Positions 1-13,927 of a DNA stretch of 64,000 nucleotides are shown here, in pieces. A program made the position numbers and the translations under genes. This DNA is from Pelomyxa schiedti (lineage: Eukaryota; Protista; Evosea), in assembly GCA_020536535.1 (NCBI GenBank), contig JAHLWZ010000301.1, positions 1 through 64,000 on the forward strand. Reading direction: 5' to 3'. The notes beneath the pieces were generated by a model. The model did no database searches and was not told where the DNA came from. It worked only from the letters and a program-made list of their open reading frames with translations. The stretch's first letter is position 1. Every line of letters begins with the position of its first letter.

Positions 1-1
1 C

Positions 2-118
2 CTGGTGCTGAGACAGCCTGAAGAACAGTGTTACTGCAGGAGCCAGGCTGCTGAGGCATTGAGTTGGTACAAAAAGGATATGTGTACACTGGAGCCTGCA
101 TTGTTGGTCACTCAATGA
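2..118 (+). CDS. Possible 3' end of a gene entering from the left edge
   Basis: Open frame LVLRQPEEQCYCRSQAAEALSWYKKDMCTLEPALLVTQ* followed by AT-rich UTR-like sequence; no family recognised. Confidence 0.3.
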   Translation: MVLRQPEEQCYCRSQAAEALSWYKKDMCTLEPALLVTQ

Positions 119-929
119 ACGGGTAGAATTGTGAATTGTGTAATGTGGTACTGTGGTTTGTTTGCTTTTGTGGAGAAACAAAACACCGATAAATAAAAAA
201 GAAAAAAATTCTCTTTGGCCATTTTTAGCCTCGAACAACTTTTTTTTTGTTCAGATGATGGTCATTTCGGCAAAATTATTCACCGGTCGGTGCGGGTGGA
301 TGCGGAACCATTTTCATTTTTGCGACAGTGTTTCGATAAATACAACACTACTTAGGTGTTTACATTTTTTGTTGTTTTTTTGTAAGTGGTATCGGCAATA
401 GGAGTAAATATTCCCTGTTAAGGCTTGGTGTTACTATTACGAAATTTGGTTACTGAATGAAACCGGACTCTTTATCACCTCTCCAAGTGAATCCGACATA
501 AATGGAGCTTTGCAGGAACCTCACCCGTTTTACCTATGCGGCGCAGCTTCAATGCTGTTCAAGCGTGGAATACATTCAGGGCCGAACGGACACATTGTCC
601 CGCTGATCCAAGGATGCTATGCCGTTGTGATTCGTGAGTGTGGAGCTTTCCAACTTGAGGCACGTCACTTCAGTTGTGGTATTTTTCCTTCATGGCTACA
701 AGAAAGCTAATTCCCACGACAGATTACATTGAAAGACACAAATTACGTGCAATCTCTTTACACAGACACAGCGTTTCTTCACTATGGTATACATATAATT
801 GCAGAGGACACTTCTCTTTGGTGCTAACTTCGGGTTGGTGGCACGCAAAACACTAACAATGTTAGTGTGGCTTGGATGGGTAGAACAGTATTACTTGTAC
901 AGAATTTAAATTGCACATTCATTGTCAAT

Positions 930-1998
930 CATCATACAGTCGCCCCAATCACTCCTGAACAATTTACTGTGTGTATACAGATTTGGCTTGGAATTTTGAC
1001 AAACAAATGAATTTTTGAAAATACAACTGCACGTAGAAAGAAAAGATGATTTCTTTTTTTACCTCAAAATGACATTGTTATGATGAGTCAGGGGGCATTA
1101 CCATCCAGAACGGGGCGGTACCAACACGGGCACAGACGATCCGTGTGCTATTCAGGTAGACGTGGCGAGTAACTACGGGGGTGTTTGCAGGTAGGCCCAG
1201 GTTGGATATCACTCGAGGGTCGTCTACTTGCTTCCTTGTGTGTGGGATGGTCAATCCCTGACCTATCTTTGTGGGGGTGCCAGTGGTTGACCAATTTTAG
1301 ATGTCAATGACGACCTGGAGATTCTTTTTGGGACTGCTCTTAGGTGCATCTTCATTCTCGTTCTCCTGGCATTGTGTATGGACTTCAGGCATACCCCGCG
1401 TCAGAGACATGAGCTGATTCATTAGCTGCTCGTTTTTTAGCTGCAGATTCTCATTCTTCTTGAGTAATTCCTCGTATTTCTTAAGTAAGTCTTGGTTTTG
1501 CTGCTGGAAATAGGCATTCGTCTCCTTAGCTGTTTGCAACTCCCGCTCGAGCAGACGCATCATCGCAGCTTCTTCAGCAGGGTTTCTTGGGGGATAGGAC
1601 TGGGGAGTATAGGGGAATGAGGCTCCCAGCTGCCACTGTTGGTGGGGGATAAACTGCTGATTTTGGTGTGGACCAAAACTAAGATGTTGAGGAGTGGGTA
1701 CCTGTGGAGGTACTTGCATCATTACATGCGGCTGTGGTGCAAATGAGAACTGGGGTGTCTGCTGTAGAGGCAAAGGCAATGGCAGCGGCGGTGGTGGTGA
1801 TGGTGGATGTGTCTGCGTTTGCGGTTGTTGCTGCTGGTTTTGGGGTTGAGCTTGGTCTTGAACTTGTAATGTATCAGGGGCGTTTCGGCTCATCGGCGCT
1901 GTCGATGTAGAAGGCCAGAGACCATATCCATACAAGGGGTTGTTCTGCTCGAAATCGCTGAAAAACGAGGAGCGCGGTGTCGGCGGCATGTAAGACAT
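930..1998 (-). CDS. Hypothetical protein with Q/P-rich N-terminus and coiled coil (transcription-factor-like), probably spliced
   Basis: 233-aa ORF 1297..1998 with a Q/P-rich region and a heptad segment (LQTAKETNAYFQQQNQDLLKKYEELLKKNENLQLKNEQL). A plausible downstream exon reads GLTIPHTRKQVDDPRVISNLGLPANTPVVTRHVYLNSTRIVCARVGTAPFWM. The 3' end is uncertain. Confidence 0.5.
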
Positions 1999-2732
1999 TC
2001 TGATTGGATTGTAGCGCTACTTATTGGTTTAAAGTCCGAAATGAAAATTCAAAGTGATTGAAGCAACTGTAGAGTAAGAAATTTGAAAGGAAAAGGGGAC
2101 GAGGAGGGAAAAACGTCCACGTTGATTCTATTCGCGTAGCAATATTGAGGCTACTATAATACGAGTTCTTTGTTTCCGGCACTCGGATTCCTACGATGAT
2201 ACATTCCCACAAACACTCTGTATATGTACTGCAACATTGTTCGCGGTGTACGCTTCGCGTCGGTTGATCGACGTTGGAACAGTGAGAGCAGGGTCAAAGC
2301 ACAAGTACCAGAGAGTGTAACAGTAGCCTGGAGGGGAGTAATGATGCTGGGTAACGAGAAAGCAGCCTTGGTTGGTAAAACTCCAGTTGGCAGTTGTCAT
2401 GGAAGTTGATAATGGTTGGGCACCCAGGGTGTGGCATTTGAAGGAGAATTGTGCACGGTTGCAGTTCTGCTTGCATCATTTTATTCCCAGAGGGGCTACA
2501 GCAGCTCTGATGGTTGTGTGATGTTAACTACTGTATTCTTCTTGTCACAATCAGGGTAATTATAGTGTGCTGCACAAAATTGCCTGGATGGTGATCGTAG
2601 ACGGGCACTTGTTGGGATGAACAGGCAAGGTTGTTTCCAAATAATGTTTCCACTTCCTAATAATGACCAGCCTTGGTGGCGGTTCGTAACTAGTGTCAAA
2701 GAAAGCACTTACCTAACACCTGGACTTGGATA

Positions 2733-2891
2733 CCGTATGTTTGGAAACCTTCGTTCCAGAAAACTTTCGTTGTAAACTTTGGTTGCCGAAAACGTGTGTC
2801 GGTAAAAAAGTTCGTTTCGGCACCTACCACCACGACACCCAAAAATTTGGGCAACGAAAGTTTGTTGGAACGAAGGTTTCTCAACATACGG
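2733..2891. mobile_element. MITE, Tc1/mariner superfamily (Tc2/pogo-like), 159 bp
   Basis: 40-bp terminal inverted repeats at 2733-2772 and 2852-2891 (36/40 matching) starting CCGTA, with TA on both sides (2731-2732, 2892-2893). No transposase. Confidence 0.8.
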
Positions 2892-3088
2892 TAGAGCAGT
2901 CGAATCAACAAGCGTCAGTGTGGTGTTGGAGTAAGGACTTTCTTGGACTGTATTATTGGTATTACCACACTTGCACCTTTTCGAATATTCGAATAGTATT
3001 CTGCACGCGAAAATGTTTAACATTCCAACATGCAGAAAAGGGAAAAAAACAAAAAAAGAAGTGGTGTTACTTCTTTTGAAGATTAGGT

Positions 3089-4186
3089 TCAGGGGGTCTC
3101 AGCAGTGCTTGACATCAGTTTGAAACCAGTACAATCGGCCATAAATTTCCCAGCAGATAAACCAGCTTTCCCAGCTCTTGTGTAGAGTGACAGGGCCTTC
3201 ATCGGGTCCTTATGCACATTGAACAATCCCTCAATGTGATAGTTGGCCAACCAATACATGGCGAGGGGGTCCCCTCCCTCGGCAGCTTTTTGCTCAAATT
3301 CCAGAGATTTGGCCATGTCTGAGTCAACACCATCACCAAAGAGGTAACACAGTGCCAACATTGCCATGGCATCCACACTACCAGCACCCGCGGCCTCGTG
3401 ATACAGTGCAACAGCCTTCTTCTTGTCCTGCGGGATACACTCACCAAGGTCATAGCACTCCCCAAGGTTGAACTTTGACTGCTCCCTTCCCCCATCCACA
3501 GCAGCTTTGTACAACAGAAATGCAACAACAGGGTTCTTCTCGACACCGAGTCCATACTGATAGCACAGCCCAAGGTTTGTTGTTGCATCAAGTTTCCCAG
3601 CATCAGAAGCCTTTCGCAAGAGCGGTGCAGCTTTGGCCATGTCGGCCGGCACACCCCATCCCTTGAGGAAGCATATGGCCAGGTTGTGTGTCGCGCCAAT
3701 GTGCCCAAGTGAAGCAGCCTGCCTAAAGCACTCGAAAGCCGATGCCGGGTCCGCCTTGACGCCGCGTCCTTCCTGATAGCACTCACCAACAGCGTTGATC
3801 GAGTTAGCGTCGCCAGAATCACCTGCCATCCTGAGGTACTTGAAAGCACTCTCCAAGTCAGGGGCGCCAAGGCCGTAGCCCTCGCGGAAGCACATCGCGA
3901 GCTTTTTCATCGCCGACGGGTCGCCTGCGCCGGCGAGAGCAGCGAGCGCCGCGATCGCAGCGTCGTCTCGGCGCCCCTTGGCCAAGGTTGCGCGGGGGAG
4001 AGCCAGCTGAGGCGGCATCGCCGAGGGCGTGCGAAGGGCGAGGTGGGAAAGACCCAGCGCGCGGCCGGTTGGGTCGCCTAGAACGCTTTGCTGTACGATC
4101 TGTCTCAGTGGAATTGGGCTGTGATCTGGGCGTGGTGGCGGCCTGGCATCAGAACGTCGGGTTTGCTTTGTCTTTGTAGGCTTCAT
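3089..4186 (-). CDS. Sel1-like repeat protein (intronless)
   Basis: About 7 tandem Sel1 repeats (e.g. NAVGECYQEGRGVKADPASAFECFRQAA, TNLGLCYQYGLGVEKNPVVAFLLYKAA). Confidence 0.9.
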   Translation of the reverse strand: MKPTKTKQTRRSDARPPPRPDHSPIPLRQIVQQSVLGDPTGRALGLSHLALRTPSAMPPQLALPRATLAKGRRDDAAIAALAALAGAGDPSAMKKLAMCFREGYGLGAPDLESAFKYLRMAGDSGDANSINAVGECYQEGRGVKADPASAFECFRQAASLGHIGATHNLAICFLKGWGVPADMAKAAPLLRKASDAGKLDATTNLGLCYQYGLGVEKNPVVAFLLYKAAVDGGREQSKFNLGECYDLGECIPQDKKKAVALYHEAAGAGSVDAMAMLALCYLFGDGVDSDMAKSLEFEQKAAEGGDPLAMYWLANYHIEGLFNVHKDPMKALSLYTRAGKAGLSAGKFMADCTGFKLMSSTAETP

Positions 4187-4462
4187 TGCGTAGTGTTTCT
4201 TAGCGGTACTGAGCGGGTTGGTTTCGATGATAGAGTCGGTGTTTTATGATTTTATGTTTATTCCGTAGAGTTACCTTATAAAATGGCAAAACAAATTTCT
4301 GACATGTGACTACTACTCCATAATTTTGGTTGCGGTAATGTGACCAGGTCTCGGCTCCACTCAACCAATTTTTTGGTCACATTTTGGGGTTTTTCCCTGA
4401 AAAACGGGGGTTCTGGTAACCATCAAAGTTCAAATGTTTGTTTTAGTTCTGGGGTTTGGCCT

Positions 4463-5941
4463 TCATAGACCTCTGTAGTCTTGGCAAGCATCTACCATGG
4501 CAAGGACGTTCTCTGCGGGAACTTCGTTCATGACAGAGTGCACAGATGACAGCATGTAGCCACCGTCTTTCCCAAGTATGGCAATGACGCGCTGTACTTC
4601 ACTTCTAACTTCCTCTGGGGTACCATGTGGAAGAACATGTTGTGTGTCAATGGCCCCGCATAAGACGATTCGTTTGTTGCAGCGGCGTTTCAGCTCGACC
4701 TTTTGAATGTGAGAGTAATTAACAGTGTAGTGTAAATACCAGATCAGACATTTTTCCTGCTGAAGTCTGTATTGGATTGAGAACATCTACGCCTATCTCA
4801 ATGAGGTCTTCCAGCAAAGGGAAAATGTCCCCATCAGTATGGAAGAAAATCTATTCAACTTCAGGTCCTCGCTTAAACAGTGGGAACCTCTGTGTACCTT
4901 TGCACTGGTTCTCGCCTTGATGAACTTGATCAGTTCCGCATGCAAAGGTTTCAGCATTGAACGGTACATTCTCGGGCTCATGAGTAAACTTGTCTGAGTG
5001 CCCAAATCGTCACCAATTTTAATCAAGTCAAAGTACTGCCCAGCATCACGGAGAAAGTTCTCAAACAGACATTCACATAAGTCTGTGTTGCGCCTAAGTA
5101 GGGCTCTGCACATGTCTGGGTACGTAGCCATGTTGGCCAAGAACGTATCTGTTCCTTGCATAGCAAACGCTCGTTCAAGGGGGAACATTAGCCACGGGAC
5201 TCCCATTACTGCATACTTAATTACCAGGAGTTAGTGTCCTCCACTCGCATAAGAAACAGATGAATTGAACTTGCTGTTACCTGCCCTTGATCGTGAAGTA
5301 GTTTGGCTTGCGCAGCAACATGAGCTACCCGAGTTGGGTCATTCATATCAGGCCATCCAGAGTAATTCATAATCTTGGCAACAGGGTGTCAAGCTGTCAC
5401 GGTTCTTTTCAAATTGTCGATAAAGGTACCTCCTCCACAGTTGTTGCATCTTTCAATGGGTGGACATTTGGAAACCAATTTCCTGGCTCGACTTCACTAG
5501 AACCGCTTCCCCAAGAATCAATATACTGCGCTACACCCATAAGTTAAAAAGGTAAAGGAAAAAGTTCAAAAAAAGGGATTAAGTACCGTGAGGCTCTCTC
5601 GATCGATTTCTTGCCAAAACGTGGGCAGGCTCTAAGTCAAAAACGGATCTCACATCGGTACCGAGCCTGATCAGAGTCGCCTCATCCGGCGACGCTGTGC
5701 CCAACTCCGGCCACGTGTACATGTACTCCTCAGGCCGGGTCAATTCCTCACTCGACGCCGAACAGGTAGTAGTACTACAAGTTGCGCCGTTTGAAACAGG
5801 CGGAGCCTCCTGCAAGATCTGCTTGAGTCGCCTATAGACCTGCATCTTGAGCCCAGTGGCATTACTGACACCCAATACGATCGGAACTCTGTCGGGCACA
5901 CGCCCATTTAGCACGTCCAACACACGTGTCCTACTGCACAT
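4463..5941 (-). CDS. Uroporphyrinogen decarboxylase (URO-D)/MtaA-CmuA superfamily protein, bacterial type, spliced
   Basis: Spliced product contains RVPDRVP, YIDSWG, HPLKDA, PLERAFAMQG, IGDDLGTQTSLLMSP, FFHTDG, GVDVLNPIQ, GAIDTQHVLPHGTPEEVR and ENVLAM. GT-AG introns join all parts in frame. Confidence 0.85.
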
Positions 5942-6336
5942 TTTTTTAATTACCTTTGATTTGTTTCACTGTAGGATGAACCAGGTCAACATCAGTGCAC
6001 ACAAGTTCACTAACAACCGGGGTTTAAATTGGCTTGAATAAAATAATCAACAGACCGAAACTCTGTCATTTTCGTTATCGTCGCTCAGGAAGTCTGGTGG
6101 TTTTTTTAATCAGCCAATTCTAGAATGCCATCTGCGATGTGTGTTGGTCGATGTTGTTTGTGTTTAGAAAGCAGATCTTGAGTTGGAGCCCTGAGGGGAG
6201 ATCTCAGATATGGAACTTGATCTGGTACACGGCCGGTGTTTCGTTTGTTTGAGACCTTTCTGCTAACGGTTAGGAACAAACACGTTTAATAATGATATAA
6301 ACAAACCACGCGGCTCAGCGGCAAGTACTTACGAAC

Positions 6337-9158
<2,822 letters not shown>

Positions 9159-9334
9159 AAACTAGTATGATGTACTAAATGTTGTGCATACAATAAATTT
9201 ACGAATTTTGTTTTTTTTTTTCTGAAAAGGGTTTTGAGGCTTTTTTCTTTTGTGGAAATAGTGAATAGTTGTCAAAATCCACACTCAATCTCGTATGGGT
9301 CACAGTGGTAAACAGTTACTCAACACACAAGCCA

Positions 9335-10055
9335 CTAAAACTGGGTATTTGTGGCTTCCCAGTGCACAATAACATCCTCCATGTTGTTTGTGGCCGACGA
9401 CGAATAAGATAGTGATTCGCCATGGGCACGAAGCCAAACGGCGTACTCCTTCACGGCGTCGAACTGGGCCTGCAGGCCGAATATCTTGAGTGCGCGGCCG
9501 CATTTGTAGAGCCTGACTGGCCAGCTGTGCCACGACTGGGAGCGTTCTGGGCTTGGCACGGGTGCGCCGGTGCTGGTGTCCCAGCCCCAAGAGAGCAGCA
9601 GGAGAGCAGCCAGGCGGGATAGGTTTGAACAAAACTCGGGATCATTGGCAAGCTGCGTTCTGACCTGAGAAGAAGTGAGTTGGCGTGGTTTTGTTTGGTT
9701 GGTTTGGGTGTGGTGTTTTATTTGTTTGCTTGCTGTTATTGAGTGGGCTGCAGAGTGTTACTTCTATGCTTTTTTTTTTTTGGATTCATACCTCAGGGGT
9801 TATTGTGTAACTGAAACCATAACTGCTTTTCTACAGGCCAATATTTGGTTGGAAAAAATAGAAAAAGAGGAACAAAGGGTGAAAGGGCAGTGATACTTCG
9901 TCAATGGGGAATGCCCACCAGTCGTAATGCGAGCGATGGAAGCTATCCCATGATCGGGAACGCGCCCAAATCTCGAACTGATACAACTGTTGCTGTTGAA
10001 GTTCCTTCAGTTTTGCAACGCCCACAAAAGTGTCACCTCGCGATCGCCCAAGCAT
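9335..10055 (-). CDS. Uncharacterised bacterial-type protein with OGFr_N/DUF1810-like motifs
   Basis: Exons ~10055-9897, 9830-9792 and 9664-9335 splice in frame to FHRSHYDWWAFPIDEKSSYGFSYTITPE...LLLSWGWD...SWHSWPVRLYKCGRALKIFG. The start codon is uncertain. Confidence 0.7.
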
Positions 10056-10320
10056 TTCCGGTGTTCTGCTAACCAACCAAACCCATAATTACTTCTGTGG
10101 CGCCTGATGGGAGGAGTTTTTTACCGGTCCTTTCTGGAAGTCCTCAGAAGGTCCTGTGATGATAAAACGAGGCATTTGTCTGATAGACATCATGACGAGC
10201 CATCGTATTCTTACCTGAGTTTTTTTTTGTTTATCCTTCACTTCTCCAACAAAAAATTCGTCAAAGACTTCATGGTATCAACGGAACTAACTTAGCAAAC
10301 CACAGCAACAAAAAAACCCA

Positions 10321-11509
10321 ATGGATAGTGCTGCAGAATTTCTTGCTTCAGCGGATCGAATTTTGTTTACAGCAGGGGCTGGAATGTCCATTCCTTGTGA
10401 CCCCGGTTTCTTACCTTTTTAAGTATTGCTAAAGCACTTTGTCTCTTCTGACCTATAGCTCCAATTCAGTGGCAAGGAGAGCATTCCTGGAAAAGTGGCC
10501 TGGATTTGCCACTCCTCTTCCATTGGACGACATCACAGACCACTGGTAAGTGCTTATTCACAGAGTCTGTTTCTTAAATGATTAATTTATATTAATTGAC
10601 TACACTGCATTCACAGTTTCATTTCCTTATCTGACCCTAACCAGGAGGTACATAAACCTTTTCTTCTACGTTCATCGTTATGTGGTGCAGCCACAGCCAG
10701 GTGACCCCTACACCACAAGCCTCGCCCTTCTGACAGCTCTCAACACAAACTACTTTGTGATGACTTCCAACGGGGATGCCATGTTTGCTCGCTCTGGATT
10801 CAACCCAGAGAAGATATATACCCCACAGGGTGACTATGGAACCCTACAGTGTATGAGAGCCTGCACCAGGGAAGTATGGGATGCCAAAGTAGTCTATGAA
10901 AACCTACAAGCACAACTCAATCCGGTCACTCTGGCCTACAATGACCCGGCCACAGGAATCAACTATCTGCCGAAGTGCTCGCACTGCGGAGGCTTAGCCA
11001 CAATGAACGGCCGCGGAGGATTCTTCCCATTCGTAGAGGATAAGTACCAGGAACAAGCCAACAAGTGCTTGGCGTGGATGGACGAGGCCGCCAACGTGGC
11101 CCGCAACGGCGGCAAAGTGGCAGTCATTGAAGTCGGCGTTGGATTCACCTCACCGGGGGTACTCAGGCTTCCCAACGAGTCATTTGTGGCCTCACTGGGG
11201 CCTTCTCGCGCCCTACTGATTCGGATCAACCCGAATTCCTCAGAATGTGGAACTATTCTACCCACAAGATACCCCGGCACCGTAGTTCCTTGTGTGGGAC
11301 TTGCTCTAGGCGCCGATGTTGCCCTCAAAGAACTGTTCAGCCTTACCATGCAAAAGAGGAACAACAGCGGGATTGTACCGAGGTGCATTGCTTCTTCAGG
11401 TTGTGAACCAGAGACAGAGGAGGCAGCAAGGGCAAGGATGTCCTTTGTGCCTGGTCACTTGGGGTGGAGGAAAATGATTGTTTATTTGGGGGTAAATGGT
11501 GGTGCCTGA
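10321..11509 (+). CDS. Sirtuin, class M (SirTM)-like NAD-dependent protein
   Basis: TAGAGMS, YFVMTSNGD, IYTPQGDY (Gln in place of the usual catalytic His), QCMRAC...PKCSHCGG zinc site, IEVGVGFTSPGVLRLPNE and LIRINP. Two introns, ~10397-10469 and ~10546-10644. Confidence 0.85.
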
Positions 11510-11592
11510 TGGGTGGTTGGATCAATTTTCTGGGTTCAAAAAAAAACTTATGTTTGCCTCTTTTTTTTTTCTTTGTTTTTTTTTAAAGTAGT

Positions 11593-13712
11593 TCACAGAC
11601 AGTTGATGAGGAAATGCCTCAGCTCATGTAAGAATGTGTTCCGCGAGTGGGGTGGTGATCCCAGCATGACTTATTTCTCCTAGTTTAGTGTTACTGAAGG
11701 TGTTGTATGCTGGGTGAAGGTGTGTACAAGTAGAGGCATCTCCCAATAAGGTAGGCAACAAGTGAAGCAAATGAGGCAGCTTCGAGAACCACTAGTATAG
11801 GGCCAAATATATCACGAGATATAACAAGCCAGTTGGTTGTAAGTGCGAAGAGCAAAGTACAGCAGGCAGCGGAAATGAATGTGACAGTAATAACATTACC
11901 TAGTGGGGTTTGAGGAGACTTCACATGAACGCCGACATACGACGATGGTGATACGGAAGGAGCTCATTTACAAGTTTGTTTACCAGTGGAAAAATCATTG
12001 TATTGGACGAGTAGAATAGGAAAAAGGTAATCACTTGTATCCAGTTGTAAGAGCGGCTCAGTGAAATCCCAGTCCAAATTGGGCCAGCAAAGATAAAATA
12101 GATTAAAAACGGAACAGTGCCAGTCCTATAAGAGGTTAGGAAAAATTGGAAAAAGAGAGCTCACCGCGGAATTAGCAAAAATATGTAGTGAACAATAAAG
12201 GAAAACGGTGCCATTATTGCAGCTACGGCCAAGATCTCGTTGGCTAGATGCAAGTCTCCATTTGTTTCCCACTAGACCAAGGTCACCCCTTAGTAATTGA
12301 AAGAACTCTGACCTGAATGAGCTCATATTGAACAGCAATATAAAACTGGCTCTGTGTTTGTACACAGCATACAAATAACACTCTTACGGCTGTGAGAAGC
12401 CAGAAATTACAGATACAACTTACAGAAGAAAGACAAGAAAATACTGGATTTCTGTGAGTTTGCTGGGCTCCACATCGATATCCACTGACAATAGGTTACT
12501 TAGTGACAAGGTGAAAAAGAATACATTGGGTGTATGTCTGGCTGTCCTGGGGTGTTACAGGAGGTGGTCTGGGCATGGAGAAAAATGTGAACAGGATCAT
12601 GTATATCAACAATACAACTGCCACCAAGGAGTATAAAATAGCCAATCCAATTGATGCATTGGTAAACGTGATGGCAATGAACCAAGACACACTGTAAAAA
12701 TTAAAAGAAGAAAGAGAAATAGGAAATAAACCAGGATCCTGCATCCAAGAGAGCATTTGTAGTTGCTGTAACAAAATTGGTAGTGAAAAACCAATGGCCC
12801 TTTTTCACTGGTTTGACATAAAAGAGAAAAAATTAAAAGTACAATTGAGTACGTATTGCAAAGTTCCGTTGTATATGTGTGACAGACAAGGCGCATAGCT
12901 GTTGAGGCCAAGCAGAGCTTGTACATGTTAAGAAATATGTGATTCGTACGTGAAAGCTTACAATTGGATACGATATGATGAGGACTGCAAACTGGGCTCC
13001 CCATTTAACATCTACACCTGCAACAATCCCATAACTTTTTTTTTCCCAAAAGAGGTGTTAGATTATGCTTGAATAGTAACACCCCACAACATACCTACAT
13101 TGCCAACAGAGGAACACAAAGGCAGCACAGGCCAGAGACAAATTTCCTGCCTTTCTTTTTTATCAGAAGTACCAACGGCATTCCAAAAAGGCCACGGAAT
13201 ATTGGTCCCGTGAGATAGACAACGTTGAGTAATAAAACTTGTTGGTTACAGTTGACTTCAAAAGACGCGTCCTGTACCACTGAATTAACCTTCGGAAAAG
13301 AAACCTCGTAATAGAATACAGATTGAGACTCAGGGTTGCACAATCCTGCAAACGTTCCTCCATAAATAAAAAGTGGCTTCAGAGCAGCGTAGTTACTCAA
13401 GCAACCAGAAAACAGAAGTGCTACCACAGTGGCGCAAAACCACCTGTTTTACAATAGTCAGGTTGGACCAACACATTTGTAAGAGTCCTACCTTGTGGTG
13501 ACGCCGAATCTGTATTTATTCACTTCGCTGGCTGTCGGGCCAATTCCCAACAACAAGCGTTGCTCCTGCTCGCACGGCACGTGCTCCTCAATCGGCAACG
13601 TTTCACAAGAAACGAGAGATCTGGATGGAGGTGCCCCGCTTACACTCGGTGTAGAAGACGCCACACTTGTCGTCTCCATCATAGTGAATGAACCACTCAA
13701 TGTACCGCTCAT
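11593..13712 (-). CDS. MFS transporter, SLC43/FMP42-like
   Basis: Multiple hydrophobic exons; N-terminal LLFSGCLSNYAALKPLFIYGGTFAGLC...CNQQVLLLNVVY matches the SLC43/FMP42 pattern. The 3' end is approximate. Confidence 0.65.
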
Positions 13713-13927
13713 GTTCGCTGTACGTCAAGATCCGGCCGGCAGTCGTTTAAAATGGACGTGTTCGTAGTGTCGCACAACACCGTAAAAATTTTGGTAATTA
13801 CACGAAGCTCTGTTGCTTTGATTTGGGAGAAGTTTCGGAATGAGAGATTTTGGTGGAAAAGAAACAAAGGAAAAATGGCGGAAAAGTTGCAAATCGCTCT
13901 GCTTTGAAGGAAAAGCACCAGGGTCCA

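Noticed and set aside
2021-3079. Small Cys-rich gene(s) around the MITE
   Set aside because: The ORFs partly read through the MITE and I could not build a consistent spliced model.
4338-4383. 10-bp inverted repeat AATGTGACCA/TGGTCACATT
   Set aside because: Too short, with no target-site duplication; compatible with chance.
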